DNA from: a virus
Length of the DNA: 64,000 nucleotides
Virus record (IMG/VR): IMGVR_UViG_3300020045_007008
Coordinates: 17,450 to 81,449 of that record
Direction: 5' to 3' (one strand)
The notes below the pieces were generated by a model that worked only from the letters and a program-made list of their open reading frames with translations, ran no database searches and was not told where the DNA came from. The translations under genes and the position numbers were made by a program. Positions within the stretch are counted from its first letter, which is position 1. Every line of letters starts with the position of its first letter. This document shows positions 30,848 to 40,103 of the stretch, in pieces.

Positions 30848-31696
30848 ATGAAGAATAAAATATTAGTACTAAAAGGACTCCCAGCTTCAGGTAAAACGAC
30901 ATTTGCAAAAAAGTTGATTAATGAAGAAAAGAATTGGAAAAGAATAAATAAAGACGATTTAAGAGCAATGATTGATAATAATATTTGGAGTAAAGACAAT
31001 GAAAAACTTATCTTAAAAATAAGAGATAATATTATTATTGATTGTTTAGTAAATAAATATAATATTATTATTGATGATACTAATTTTGCAGAAAAACACA
31101 TTAATCGAATAAATGAAATTGCAGATAGACTTGACGTTGAAGTAGAAGAAAAGTTTTTCGATATTCCAGTAAATGAATGTATTAAAAGAGATTCGGAAAG
31201 ACCCAATCCAGTAGGAAAAAAAGTCATAATGAATATGTATAATACCTATTTAAAAAAAGAAATACCACCAGTAAAATGGATAAGTAAAAGAAGAACTGCT
31301 ATAATATGTGATATAGATGGTACATTGGCAAAAATGAAAAATAGAGGACCATTTGATTGGATGAAAGTAGAGAATGATGAATTAAATAAACCAGTTGCTG
31401 ATATATTAGAAAAATATCAAGATAGTGTAGATACAATTCTTTTAAGTGGTAGAGATGGAATATGTAGAGAACAAACAGAACAATGGTTAGCTGATAATAA
31501 TATAAAATATACTTGTCTTTTTATGAGAGATATTGATAATAATGAAAAAGATAGTATAATAAAAGAGAGAATATATAGAGAAAAAATAGAATCATTATAT
31601 AATATTTTATTTATTCTCGATGATAGGACTCAAGTAGTAGAGATGTGGCGTAATTTAGGATTAACTTGTTTTCAAGTAGCAAATGGCGATTTCTAA
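30848..31696 (+). CDS. pseT: Polynucleotide 5'-kinase/3'-phosphatase (T4 PseT-like)
   Basis: GLPASGKTT, N.DDLR, DDTN; HAD DIDGTLA, LSGR, DDR.QVV.MWR..GL. Confidence 0.92.
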   Translation: MKNKILVLKGLPASGKTTFAKKLINEEKNWKRINKDDLRAMIDNNIWSKDNEKLILKIRDNIIIDCLVNKYNIIIDDTNFAEKHINRINEIADRLDVEVEEKFFDIPVNECIKRDSERPNPVGKKVIMNMYNTYLKKEIPPVKWISKRRTAIICDIDGTLAKMKNRGPFDWMKVENDELNKPVADILEKYQDSVDTILLSGRDGICREQTEQWLADNNIKYTCLFMRDIDNNEKDSIIKERIYREKIESLYNILFILDDRTQVVEMWRNLGLTCFQVANGDF

Positions 31697-31697
31697 C

Positions 31698-31769
31698 GCC
31701 CAGGTGGCCAAATTGGCTAGGCGATAGACTGCAAATCTATTAATGGAGGTTCGAGTCCTCTCCTGGGCT
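31698..31769 (+). tRNA. tRNA-Cys (GCA)
   Basis: GCCCAGG/CCTGGGC acceptor; ATAGA-CTGCAAA-TCTAT anticodon arm; GGTTCGAGTCC T arm; no encoded CCA. Confidence 0.92.
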
Positions 31770-31937
31770 CAATATAATTAATAATATAAAAATATGCTTG
31801 TTCAATGTGAAGTTTGTAATAAATCATTTGATGCTAAAGATGATAGTATTCCAGTATGTGATGAATGTTTAGAGCTTAATTCAAGGGAGTATTGGGAGCA
31901 AGCACTATTTGATGAGTTTGATTATTAAATTTAACAT

Positions 31938-32442
31938 ATGAAAAAAATATTAATTATATTGACGATACTAGTAATATTATATTTACTATTAATACCAGTT
32001 AATGCGGACGAACCAAAACAAATGAATATTACTATTTCTGAATATCCAGAAAAGACATTAACAATATCACAGAGTTTTGAAATGACAGCTAATGTACCAA
32101 AAAGTGACTATTATAAATGTTTAGATGTTTGTTTCTGTGATGATAGCCCAGATATGGATGAAAAACAATGTAGGGATATTTGTAAAATTTATTGTTATAA
32201 TACTTATGTTAAATAATATGGCATTAACAGCCGAACAAAGATTAAGGGCAATAAGTAAAATAATTGAATCTGATATGGGATTTGAGGCTGATACATATTC
32301 ATTAAGAAAAAATAAAGACAAAGATGCTCAATTATTTGCTGATATGATAATGGAAGTATATATGATAGTTCATCCACATTTTGGATGTAAACACAATGAT
32401 TGGGATGATAATACATATAAATTATCTGAAGAATATGAATAA
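31938..32442 (+). other. Two hypothetical proteins (31938-32216 with signal peptide; 32218-32442)
   Basis: Packed ORFs. Confidence 0.5.
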
Positions 32443-33169
32443 CAACAAGATAGGTAAAATGAAAAAACAATTTATAGATATAATACCAGATGAATTAAAT
32501 ATCTGTCTATTGGGATTGCAAGGAAGTAGAGCATTAGGTATGGCTATGAATGAAGATGCTGATTATGATTATCGAGGTATATTTATAGAAGATAATAAAA
32601 AATTATTATCCCTAAGAAAGACAAAAGAAACTATTGATTTTGGTAGTTCAAAAGATGGTGAAGCAGAATTTGTTTTTCATGAAATTGGAAAGTTCTTCAA
32701 ATTAGCAATAGCTGGAAATCCAAATTTGATTAATTTATTATTTTTACCAGAATATAATTATTCAGATAATTATGGTAGAATGATAATTGCAAATAAAGAG
32801 TTATTTTTAAGTGAGAAGGCAATACGAAATTCATTTGGTGGATATGCATTTGGTCAGATGATGTATTTAAAAAGAAATCATAAATTTACTAAGAATAAAT
32901 CTATAGAAAGCAAAATAAAAAAACACATTAGACATTGCTTTTCTCTATTTGATATGGGAATAGAACTATTAGAAACAGCAAAAATAACATTTCCATTAGA
33001 GAATGCTAAAAAATATATTGAGATTGCAGAATGGAATGATGAAGATAGGTGGATGAAATTATTTGAGGAAACAAATGATAGATTTAACGATTGTAAATGT
33101 ATATTACCAAAAGAACCAAATATTTTATTATTAGAACATTTATTATTAAAAATTAGAGGGTTAGTGTAA
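32435..33169 (+). CDS. Pol-beta superfamily nucleotidyltransferase (RlaP/YcgL-like)
   Basis: GSRA.G......DYDYRGIF...E..KF..L...GNPN....LF motifs. Confidence 0.85.
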   Translation: MNNNKIGKMKKQFIDIIPDELNICLLGLQGSRALGMAMNEDADYDYRGIFIEDNKKLLSLRKTKETIDFGSSKDGEAEFVFHEIGKFFKLAIAGNPNLINLLFLPEYNYSDNYGRMIIANKELFLSEKAIRNSFGGYAFGQMMYLKRNHKFTKNKSIESKIKKHIRHCFSLFDMGIELLETAKITFPLENAKKYIEIAEWNDEDRWMKLFEETNDRFNDCKCILPKEPNILLLEHLLLKIRGLV

Positions 33170-33225
33170 TGGTAACACGATGGTCTCCAAAACCATAATT
33201 TAGAGTTCGAATCTCTAGCCTTCTG
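33155..33225 (+). tRNA. tRNA-Trp (CCA)
   Basis: AGAGGGT/GCCTTCT acceptor; ATGGT-CTCCAAA-ACCAT anticodon arm; TAGAG-TTCGAAT-CTCTA T arm; overlaps the upstream stop codon. Confidence 0.88.
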
Positions 33226-33794
33226 CATTTAATAAAAATATATTATAAATGCGTAAATTAACTAAAAAACAAAGAGAAAAATTAGCATATTCTCATCAAG
33301 TATTTTATAATGAAACTGGGACACATATCACAATAGAAATTGATAATGCAATAAGAAAAATATTAGGATATGAAATCCCATCTAATAGTGTAAGAATGTG
33401 GAAAATAAAATTATGAAAGAAAATACATATCAAGAATATAACAATTATAAAATATATCTCAATAATTGGGAAGAGTATTGTGTATGTGATTTACATGGAA
33501 ATTTAATAGAATGGAATTCGAGTTTCAGGACACTTAAAGAAGCAAAAGATTATATTGATAAAATATTAAATTAATATTATGTTTGATAAAAAAGAAAAAC
33601 ACTTATTAATAGCACTAGTTGAAGCACAAAAATCAACAGTTAGTTTATTAAGAGGATTTCGAAAACCAAATAGAGAAGAGCAAGATGAAAATGCTTATTA
33701 TAATAGAATAATTGAAAAATTAAATAAATTTTAATAATAAAGAAGAACCGAAACAATTAGCAGATAAAATTAATATTGAAGAGAAAAAATAGTT

Positions 33795-34142
33795 ATGGAT
33801 ATACAAAAATTTATAGAAAAAAGAAAAGAAGATGGACAGAATAGTTTTAGAGATAAATGTCTTGTCATTGGTGTAGATATGGATGGAGTATTATGTAGTG
33901 GAGAATTATGGGAAGGAGAAAATAGTGAACCAAAACCAATACAAGAAAATATAGATAAAATAAATGAATTAAGTAAAACTAATTTTATAGTAATTCATAC
34001 AGCAAGAAGAAAAGAATCGGCAACAAAAACAATAAATTGGCTCAATAAATATCAAGTGGTATATCATGCAATTAGATTTGATAAAATGCCAGCTGATTTA
34101 TATATAGATGATAAAGCATTTAACTTTGATATCTATGAATAA
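33795..34142 (+). CDS. Small HAD-superfamily phosphatase
   Basis: DMDGVL, HTAR, K..ADLYIDDKA. Confidence 0.8.
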   Translation: MDIQKFIEKRKEDGQNSFRDKCLVIGVDMDGVLCSGELWEGENSEPKPIQENIDKINELSKTNFIVIHTARRKESATKTINWLNKYQVVYHAIRFDKMPADLYIDDKAFNFDIYE

Positions 34143-34303
34143 AAATTTAGAAATAGTACAATCAAAATCAAAAGAAATTGGACATTGCGTTTGTTCAAAA
34201 TGTTTTACTTGCCCCTGTAATTATTTTACTCAATATAATTTATGTAAATGTGCAGGGGATAAAATAAATCAAGAAGAGTGGCTAAAATTTAATTTAAATA
34301 AAA

Positions 34304-34696
34304 ATGAATACATTTGAATTAGGTAAGAAAGGCGAACAAATTATTTATCAGTTATTTAAAAATAAAAAATATCAAATTCAATCACCAGACTTTTTTGTAT
34401 ACAGCAAAGAAATAGATAAATATATATGTATTGAAGTTAAATTTAAAAATAATCAATTTAAATCTCAATATTTTAATGGTTATGGAATAAATAAAAATCA
34501 AATATATTTAAGAAATAAACTATTTGAAAAAACAAATATAAGAACATTCATAATAATAGTTGATAATACGATAAAAAATATTTATGGTCAATATTTAGAT
34601 ATATTACAGAAAGGAAAATTTATAAATACAAAAGATACTACAATATATGATTTAAATAGCTATTTATTAATAAAAAAAGGTATTGACTTTTTTTAA
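34304..34696 (+). CDS. PD-(D/E)XK nuclease-like protein
   Basis: G..GE...PDF...IEVK motif. Confidence 0.6.
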   Translation: MNTFELGKKGEQIIYQLFKNKKYQIQSPDFFVYSKEIDKYICIEVKFKNNQFKSQYFNGYGINKNQIYLRNKLFEKTNIRTFIIIVDNTIKNIYGQYLDILQKGKFINTKDTTIYDLNSYLLIKKGIDFF

Positions 34697-34711
34697 ATAA
34701 TACTATATAAT
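34683..34711 (+). promoter_or_regulatory. sigma70-type promoter of the 7-deazaguanine operon
   Basis: TTGACT-17 nt-TATAAT, 26 nt before queD. Confidence 0.8.
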
Positions 34712-34737
34712 AATATTATAATTAAAAGAATAAAAAT

Positions 34738-35145
34738 ATGCACATATTGAGATTAAAACACCATTTCGATGCGGCTCATCGATTAGAATTTCATAGTGGA
34801 TTATGCTCGAACCTCCATGGCCACCGCTGGGATGTAGAAGTATTAATACGAAAAAATGAATTAGATAAAAATAAATTAGTAGTTGATTTCGGAGATATTA
34901 AAAAAATAATTAATGAGTTCGACCATAAGACTATTTTAAAAAATTGTGAAGAAAATCAAAAATTAATAGATGTTATTTTCGAGATGGGATGTGCTTATAT
35001 TTTATTAGGTGATTCACCTACTGCAGAAAATATTGCACAAGTATTAACAAATAGAATTAATGAAGAATTACAAATATCAAATACAGAAGTTATTGTTTGG
35101 GAATCACCAGAAGCATCAATTGAATATTATAATAATGAAATATAA
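34738..35145 (+). CDS. queD: 6-carboxytetrahydropterin synthase
   Basis: FDAAHRL...C.NLHGH.W; DF..IK; DH..L; PTAENIA; WES. Confidence 0.93.
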   Translation: MHILRLKHHFDAAHRLEFHSGLCSNLHGHRWDVEVLIRKNELDKNKLVVDFGDIKKIINEFDHKTILKNCEENQKLIDVIFEMGCAYILLGDSPTAENIAQVLTNRINEELQISNTEVIVWESPEASIEYYNNEI

Positions 35146-35149
35146 AAAT

Positions 35150-35800
35150 ATGATAAAAGTAAATATCAATGAAGCATTTCATTCTATTCAAGGAGAAGGT
35201 GCAACAATAGGGCATCCAATATTGTTTATTAGATTAGCAGGATGTAATTTACATTGTTTGTTCTGTGATACTCAATACCATACTAATATTAATTATAATG
35301 AGATAAATGATGAGTTAGATAAATTATTAAGAAAACATAAATCATGGTGCATTACTGGTGGTGAGCCATTATTACAGCAAGATAAAATCCTAGAACTTAT
35401 TAGAGAATATGACCCAGAATGGGTAGAAATAGAAACTAATGGTACAATAAAACCATCTGATGAATTATTAGAAATTATTAGTCAATGGAATATAAGTCCT
35501 AAAAATCCAGAACAAAACGAAGTGAAAAATATTGAATATAAATTTTTAGATAGTTTAGCATATAATATTAATTATATAATTAAATTTGTATATACAGATA
35601 AACAAGATGAAAATTTTATTGAGACAATGATAGATAATTATTATATAGATGAAAATAGAGTATTTATAATGACAGAAGGTGCAACAAAAAAAGAGCAAGA
35701 GCACAATATGCCAAATGTAATAGAGTATTGTTTAAAAAATGAATTTAATTTTAGTCCCAGGCTACATGTGTTGCTCTGGAACAATAGACAAGGAGTATGA
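35150..35800 (+). CDS. queE: 7-carboxy-7-deazaguanine synthase (radical SAM)
   Basis: SIQGEG, RLAGCNLHCLFCDT, TGGEP, ETNG, SPK and RLH motifs. Confidence 0.93.
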   Translation: MIKVNINEAFHSIQGEGATIGHPILFIRLAGCNLHCLFCDTQYHTNINYNEINDELDKLLRKHKSWCITGGEPLLQQDKILELIREYDPEWVEIETNGTIKPSDELLEIISQWNISPKNPEQNEVKNIEYKFLDSLAYNINYIIKFVYTDKQDENFIETMIDNYYIDENRVFIMTEGATKKEQEHNMPNVIEYCLKNEFNFSPRLHVLLWNNRQGV

Positions 35801-36279
35801 TTGTAACATATAAACAAATAATAAAAGACTCAATTGAGTTAGCAAATCACATTAAAAACAATTATGTTAATAGAGCAAAAGAGTATAAAGCAATCCATGG
35901 TATCCCAGCTGGCGGAATAGCAACTGCAGTTGTAATGGCTCATGTATTGAATATTGATAATATTCTAAGTGCTGAAGATTATAAAAATTATGAAAATAAA
36001 TCAGAAGTATTAGTAGTAGATGATTTAGTAGACAGTGGTGCAACATTAAAAAAGTTTTCAGAATCAGATTGTGCTGTAGTATATAAAAAACCACATTCAC
36101 CTCAACCAACATATTACTATAAAGATATTGAAAGTGGTTGGGTAGAATTTCCACACGAAAAGGACAAAGCAGGTATTCTTGACCATATTATAAGAGTATT
36201 CTCTTATATTGATGTTCAATTATCAGATGAGGAACAGCAATTAGTTATACAATTACTTAATAAAATAAAGAATAAATAA
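35797..36279 (+). CDS. Type I phosphoribosyltransferase (Gpt-like)
   Basis: GIP.GG, PRPP loop VVDDLVDSGAT, WVEFP.E. Confidence 0.85.
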   Translation: MIVTYKQIIKDSIELANHIKNNYVNRAKEYKAIHGIPAGGIATAVVMAHVLNIDNILSAEDYKNYENKSEVLVVDDLVDSGATLKKFSESDCAVVYKKPHSPQPTYYYKDIESGWVEFPHEKDKAGILDHIIRVFSYIDVQLSDEEQQLVIQLLNKIKNK

Positions 36280-36338
36280 TTAATATAGAGTTATAAAATT
36301 AGACTTATCTTTTTACTACTTTTCCTCTATTCAAAAAA

Positions 36339-37085
36339 ATGAAAAAAAAGATTGTTATTATTTCTGGAGGAATGGATTCAACTACACTGCTATATGATGT
36401 AGTGAATCAATTCTCATCAGAAAATGTGATTGCTTTAACATTTTTCTATGGTTCAAAACATAATGACCAAGAAATAAAGAGAGCAAAAATTAGTTGTCAA
36501 AAATTAAATGTTGAGCATAAATTATTTGATTTATCGTCAATATTTCAAAATTTTAACTCATCATTATTAAAAAAAGAAGACAGTGAAATAATACCAGAGG
36601 GGCATTATGCAGAAGACAATATGAAAAAAACGGTTGTCCCATATCGAAATGGTATATTATTATCTATTGCAATTGGATTTGCTGAAGATTTAGATTGTGA
36701 TTCAGTATATTATGGTGCTCACGCTGGTGACCATACTATTTATCCAGATTGTCGAGATGAGTTTGTGAAAGCATTTTCATTAGCATCAATATTAGGTACA
36801 TATAATAGAGTGAAAGTAATTGCAAGTTATGAAAATATTGATAAATATGGAATTCTACAGATAGGAAAAAAATTAAATATTAATTATATTGATACTTGGA
36901 CGTGTTATAATGGAGAAGAAGCACCTTGCGGAAAATGTGGAAGTTGTACAGAAAGAGCTGAAGCATTCTATAAAATGAATATGAAAGACCCATTATATAC
37001 AGATAAACAATGGCAAGATGTATTATTAAATCTTAAAAAATTAAACATAATTGATAATACCAATTATCAACCTGAATTATTATGA
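36339..37085 (+). CDS. queC: 7-cyano-7-deazaguanine synthase
   Basis: SGGMDS, VP.RN, H.GD..IYPDCR, TWTCY...CGKCGSC.ER. Confidence 0.95.
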   Translation: MKKKIVIISGGMDSTTLLYDVVNQFSSENVIALTFFYGSKHNDQEIKRAKISCQKLNVEHKLFDLSSIFQNFNSSLLKKEDSEIIPEGHYAEDNMKKTVVPYRNGILLSIAIGFAEDLDCDSVYYGAHAGDHTIYPDCRDEFVKAFSLASILGTYNRVKVIASYENIDKYGILQIGKKLNINYIDTWTCYNGEEAPCGKCGSCTERAEAFYKMNMKDPLYTDKQWQDVLLNLKKLNIIDNTNYQPELL

Positions 37086-37669
37086 GAAATAAAGAAAAAT
37101 TAGAACAAATTTCAAAATCTCTAATAGAAGAAATCGGAGAAAAATCAGACAGACAAGGATTAATTGGTACACCAGATAGAATGGCAAGAATGTTTTTAGA
37201 AGTTTTTAGAGGATATGATGAAACACAAAAACCCAAAATAACAACATTTAAAAATGGAACTGATGGAATAGTATATGACCAAATTATTACTGATACGGGT
37301 TCATATTATTCATATTGTGAACATCATATGGTACCATTCTTCGGTCAATATTGGTTTGCATATATTCCACACCCAGACGGAAAAATTTTAGGATTAAGTA
37401 AAGTTGCAAGAATCGTTGATTATTATTCGGCTAAAATGCAAATACAGGAAAGATTAGTTCAAGATATCGTGAATAATCTATGGAGTGCTTTAATAGATAG
37501 TAATAGAATTGAACCTATAGGAATGGCTTTGGTAATGAAAGGTGAACATTTATGTAAATCAATGCGTGGTGTGAAAAAAAGAGGAACAATGACGACATCT
37601 GATTTGAGGGGTTGTTTTAAAACTGAAGCTGATACAAGAAAAGAATTTTTTGACTTGATAAAATTATGA
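37082..37669 (+). CDS. folE: GTP cyclohydrolase I
   Basis: GL..TP.R, CEHH..PF.G, GLSK..R, QERL, H.C..MRG. Confidence 0.95.
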   Translation: MRNKEKLEQISKSLIEEIGEKSDRQGLIGTPDRMARMFLEVFRGYDETQKPKITTFKNGTDGIVYDQIITDTGSYYSYCEHHMVPFFGQYWFAYIPHPDGKILGLSKVARIVDYYSAKMQIQERLVQDIVNNLWSALIDSNRIEPIGMALVMKGEHLCKSMRGVKKRGTMTTSDLRGCFKTEADTRKEFFDLIKL

Positions 37670-38160
37670 AAGAAAAATTAGAGAAATTATTACAACAAAT
37701 AAAAGAAAGAAAAGGTGGTGCTGATTCATCAAAATCACATTTAAAGAGTGCATTATATGATTGGAGAATTGAAGATAACTGGTCTAGAAATAATTGCTTT
37801 GTAATAAGTGAAAATGATTTGGGATTTGCATTTTATACATTCACGATACGAGAGCCTAGACACTGCACATTAAGACATATATTCACATTAGAAGAAGCAA
37901 GAGGTCAAGGAATTGGAAAGAAACTAATGAATAGAATTGAAGAGCATATGAAGAGAGATAGAGTTGAGATAATGCGATTTTATGCAAATAAGCCAGCTAT
38001 TAAATTCTATGAAAAATTAGGATATACTTGGCTCGGTGAAAATAAACAAGGATTGCCATTCACATATTGTGATATATGTACAAAGAAGAATATTAATAAT
38101 CAACAACAATTGAAAAAAATATTCAAAATTTATAATCAAAATAATTTATTTAATATCTAA
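37666..38160 (+). CDS. GNAT-family N-acyltransferase
   Basis: Acetyl-CoA motif RGQGIGKKL and N.PAIKFYEKLGY; C-terminal QNNLF. Confidence 0.85.
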   Translation: MKEKLEKLLQQIKERKGGADSSKSHLKSALYDWRIEDNWSRNNCFVISENDLGFAFYTFTIREPRHCTLRHIFTLEEARGQGIGKKLMNRIEEHMKRDRVEIMRFYANKPAIKFYEKLGYTWLGENKQGLPFTYCDICTKKNINNQQQLKKIFKIYNQNNLFNI

Positions 38161-38165
38161 ATTTT

Positions 38166-38645
38166 ATGTCAGATACAAAAAGTTTAAAATCATTAGGTTC
38201 TAAATCAACAAAATATGAATGTAATGGTGTCAATCCAGAATTATTGGAAGTATTTGAAAATCAACACCAAAAAAATAATTATTTAATACCATTTATTCAA
38301 CCAAGAGATGAATTTACTTCATTATGTCCTAAGACTGGGCAACCCGACCACGCCGCTTTAGAAATTATATATATACCGAGAGAAGATTGTGTAGAATCAA
38401 AATCATTAAAGCTTTATTTAGTATCTTTTCGAAATAGCGGAGAATTTCACGAAGATGTCTGTAATAGAATAGCAGATGATTTAATTAGATTATTAAATCC
38501 TAAATATCTCAGAGTATATGGTGATTTTGCACCAAGAGGCAGTTTAGCAATAAAACCACTTATTGAACGATGGAATATAGAAGAAGGTATAGAAAAACAA
38601 GATATAAAATTTTTAATTAATTCTTGGGATTTAAAGAAAAAATAA
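38166..38645 (+). CDS. queF: NADPH-dependent preQ0 reductase (unimodular)
   Basis: EFTSLCPKTGQPD, intact QueF motif ESKSLKLYL, FHE and PRG. Confidence 0.92.
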   Translation: MSDTKSLKSLGSKSTKYECNGVNPELLEVFENQHQKNNYLIPFIQPRDEFTSLCPKTGQPDHAALEIIYIPREDCVESKSLKLYLVSFRNSGEFHEDVCNRIADDLIRLLNPKYLRVYGDFAPRGSLAIKPLIERWNIEEGIEKQDIKFLINSWDLKKK

Positions 38646-38646
38646 A

Positions 38647-39663
38647 ATGAATAGTTTAAAAGATTTTAATTTATTTTATGCAGTTAGTGGACGAATGTTC
38701 TTAGAATATCTTCTTATCTGTAATGTTAAAAATATTCTTATTTCTTTTGCTTATTTAGACCCGTGGTCAATGAGTAATATAATGAAGCACAATAATATAA
38801 ATTTAATTTGTGATTCTGGTGCATTTACTGCTTGGAATTTAAGTCAAAAATATAAAAAGAAGGGCGACCCGAATTGGCAAAAATATTTAGTTGATATTGA
38901 TGCATATGTTGAATTTCTGAATAAACATAAAGATATAATTTATAGAGCAGTAAATATTGATGTCATCCCAGGTGAACAAGGTATAGAACCAACAGAGGAG
39001 CAAATAATTGAAGCGGCAGAGCAAGGGTGGAAAAATTATCAATATTTAAAAAGCAAAGGATTTGATACAATTCACGTATTTCATCAAGGTGAGCCAGATT
39101 GGGTTCTAGATAGAATGTTGAAAGAATGTGATTATATTGGAATAAGTCCAAGTAATGACTATAGCACAAAGAGAAAAAGATTGTGGATGGATAGAATTTT
39201 TAAATATATTGCTGATTCTAATAACCCAAAAATAAAAACTCACGGATTTGCTGTAACAAGTGAAGAATTAATGAATAATTATCCTTGGTTTTCAGTTGAC
39301 TCAAGTAGCTGGTGTCTAAGTGCCGCGATGGGAAAAGTAAGAACAAAATATGGTGAGTTATATGTAAGTGATAGGGGAAAATATGGAGATGATAATATTT
39401 TTTCAAAAACAGGTGAAGTGAGAAAAGAATTAGATAAATACTTCATAGAAAAAATTGGATATAATATATCAGCATTAGCAGGTGAACCAGAAAAAATAAT
39501 TAAGAAATGTGAATGTGGAATCGAAAATGAAATCGAGATACCGTGCAGTCAATATAAGACAAGAACATTAGCGAATATATTATATAATTTAGAATTTGAA
39601 GAAAAGAGACGAGCAAGCGGACCGAATTTGAATTTTATGAATCAAAATAAATTATTTGAATAA
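38647..39663 (+). CDS. dpdA: DpdA-like DNA transglycosylase (TGT-fold)
   Basis: DSGAFTAW, D.IPG, HVFHQGE, YIGIS, HGF, SVDSSSW; last gene of the preQ operon; C-terminal QNKLF. Confidence 0.75.
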   Translation: MNSLKDFNLFYAVSGRMFLEYLLICNVKNILISFAYLDPWSMSNIMKHNNINLICDSGAFTAWNLSQKYKKKGDPNWQKYLVDIDAYVEFLNKHKDIIYRAVNIDVIPGEQGIEPTEEQIIEAAEQGWKNYQYLKSKGFDTIHVFHQGEPDWVLDRMLKECDYIGISPSNDYSTKRKRLWMDRIFKYIADSNNPKIKTHGFAVTSEELMNNYPWFSVDSSSWCLSAAMGKVRTKYGELYVSDRGKYGDDNIFSKTGEVRKELDKYFIEKIGYNISALAGEPEKIIKKCECGIENEIEIPCSQYKTRTLANILYNLEFEEKRRASGPNLNFMNQNKLFE

Positions 39664-39678
39664 ATTTATATAAAATAA

Positions 39679-39734
39679 TCACTAAGATTAAATAATATCT
39701 AAGTATTGACATTTTTTATATAATATTATATAAT
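39679..39734 (+). promoter_or_regulatory. TCACTAAGATTAAA + sigma70 promoter
   Basis: Motif at 39679; TTGACA 39706-17 nt-TATAAT. Confidence 0.8.
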
Positions 39735-39743
39735 TAAAATATA

Positions 39744-40048
39744 ATAATCAGAATAATTGTATTATTCTTCGTAATATAATTATCCCAGCGAAGTTAATTC
39801 TTCCAAAATCTGATTATATGGGGGATTTATTTATATTTAGCCTCATTATAAAGTCATAAGTGTAATGTGGAAATTAGGTTAGGTCTTAATATATTAATTT
39901 ATATTGAGACTAAATATAAATAAAATATTAAACCATTATAAGTTGTCCATTTTTTATCGGTTATAAGCCAGCTGCTTTAAATCGCAAACTAAATAGTTGG
40001 TGAATTGCGCATAACAATAACTGCCTTAGCTCTAACTAGTTGGCAGTT
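39744..40048 (+). ncRNA. Noncoding structured leader/RNA cluster
   Basis: ATAATCAGA/TCTGATTAT, TTTATTTATATTTAG/CTAAATATAAATAAA and AACTGCC/GGCAGTT stems; no convincing ORF. Confidence 0.45.
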
Positions 40049-40103
40049 CTAGTATATTGAAGAAATAAATATATGTCTACAACAAATTAAAATTTTTATT
40101 AAT

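Noticed and set aside
38166-38645. QueF-L amidinotransferase making archaeosine (dG+)
   Set aside because: The NADPH-binding QueF motif ESKSLKLYL is intact, and QueC has no glutamine amidotransferase fusion.
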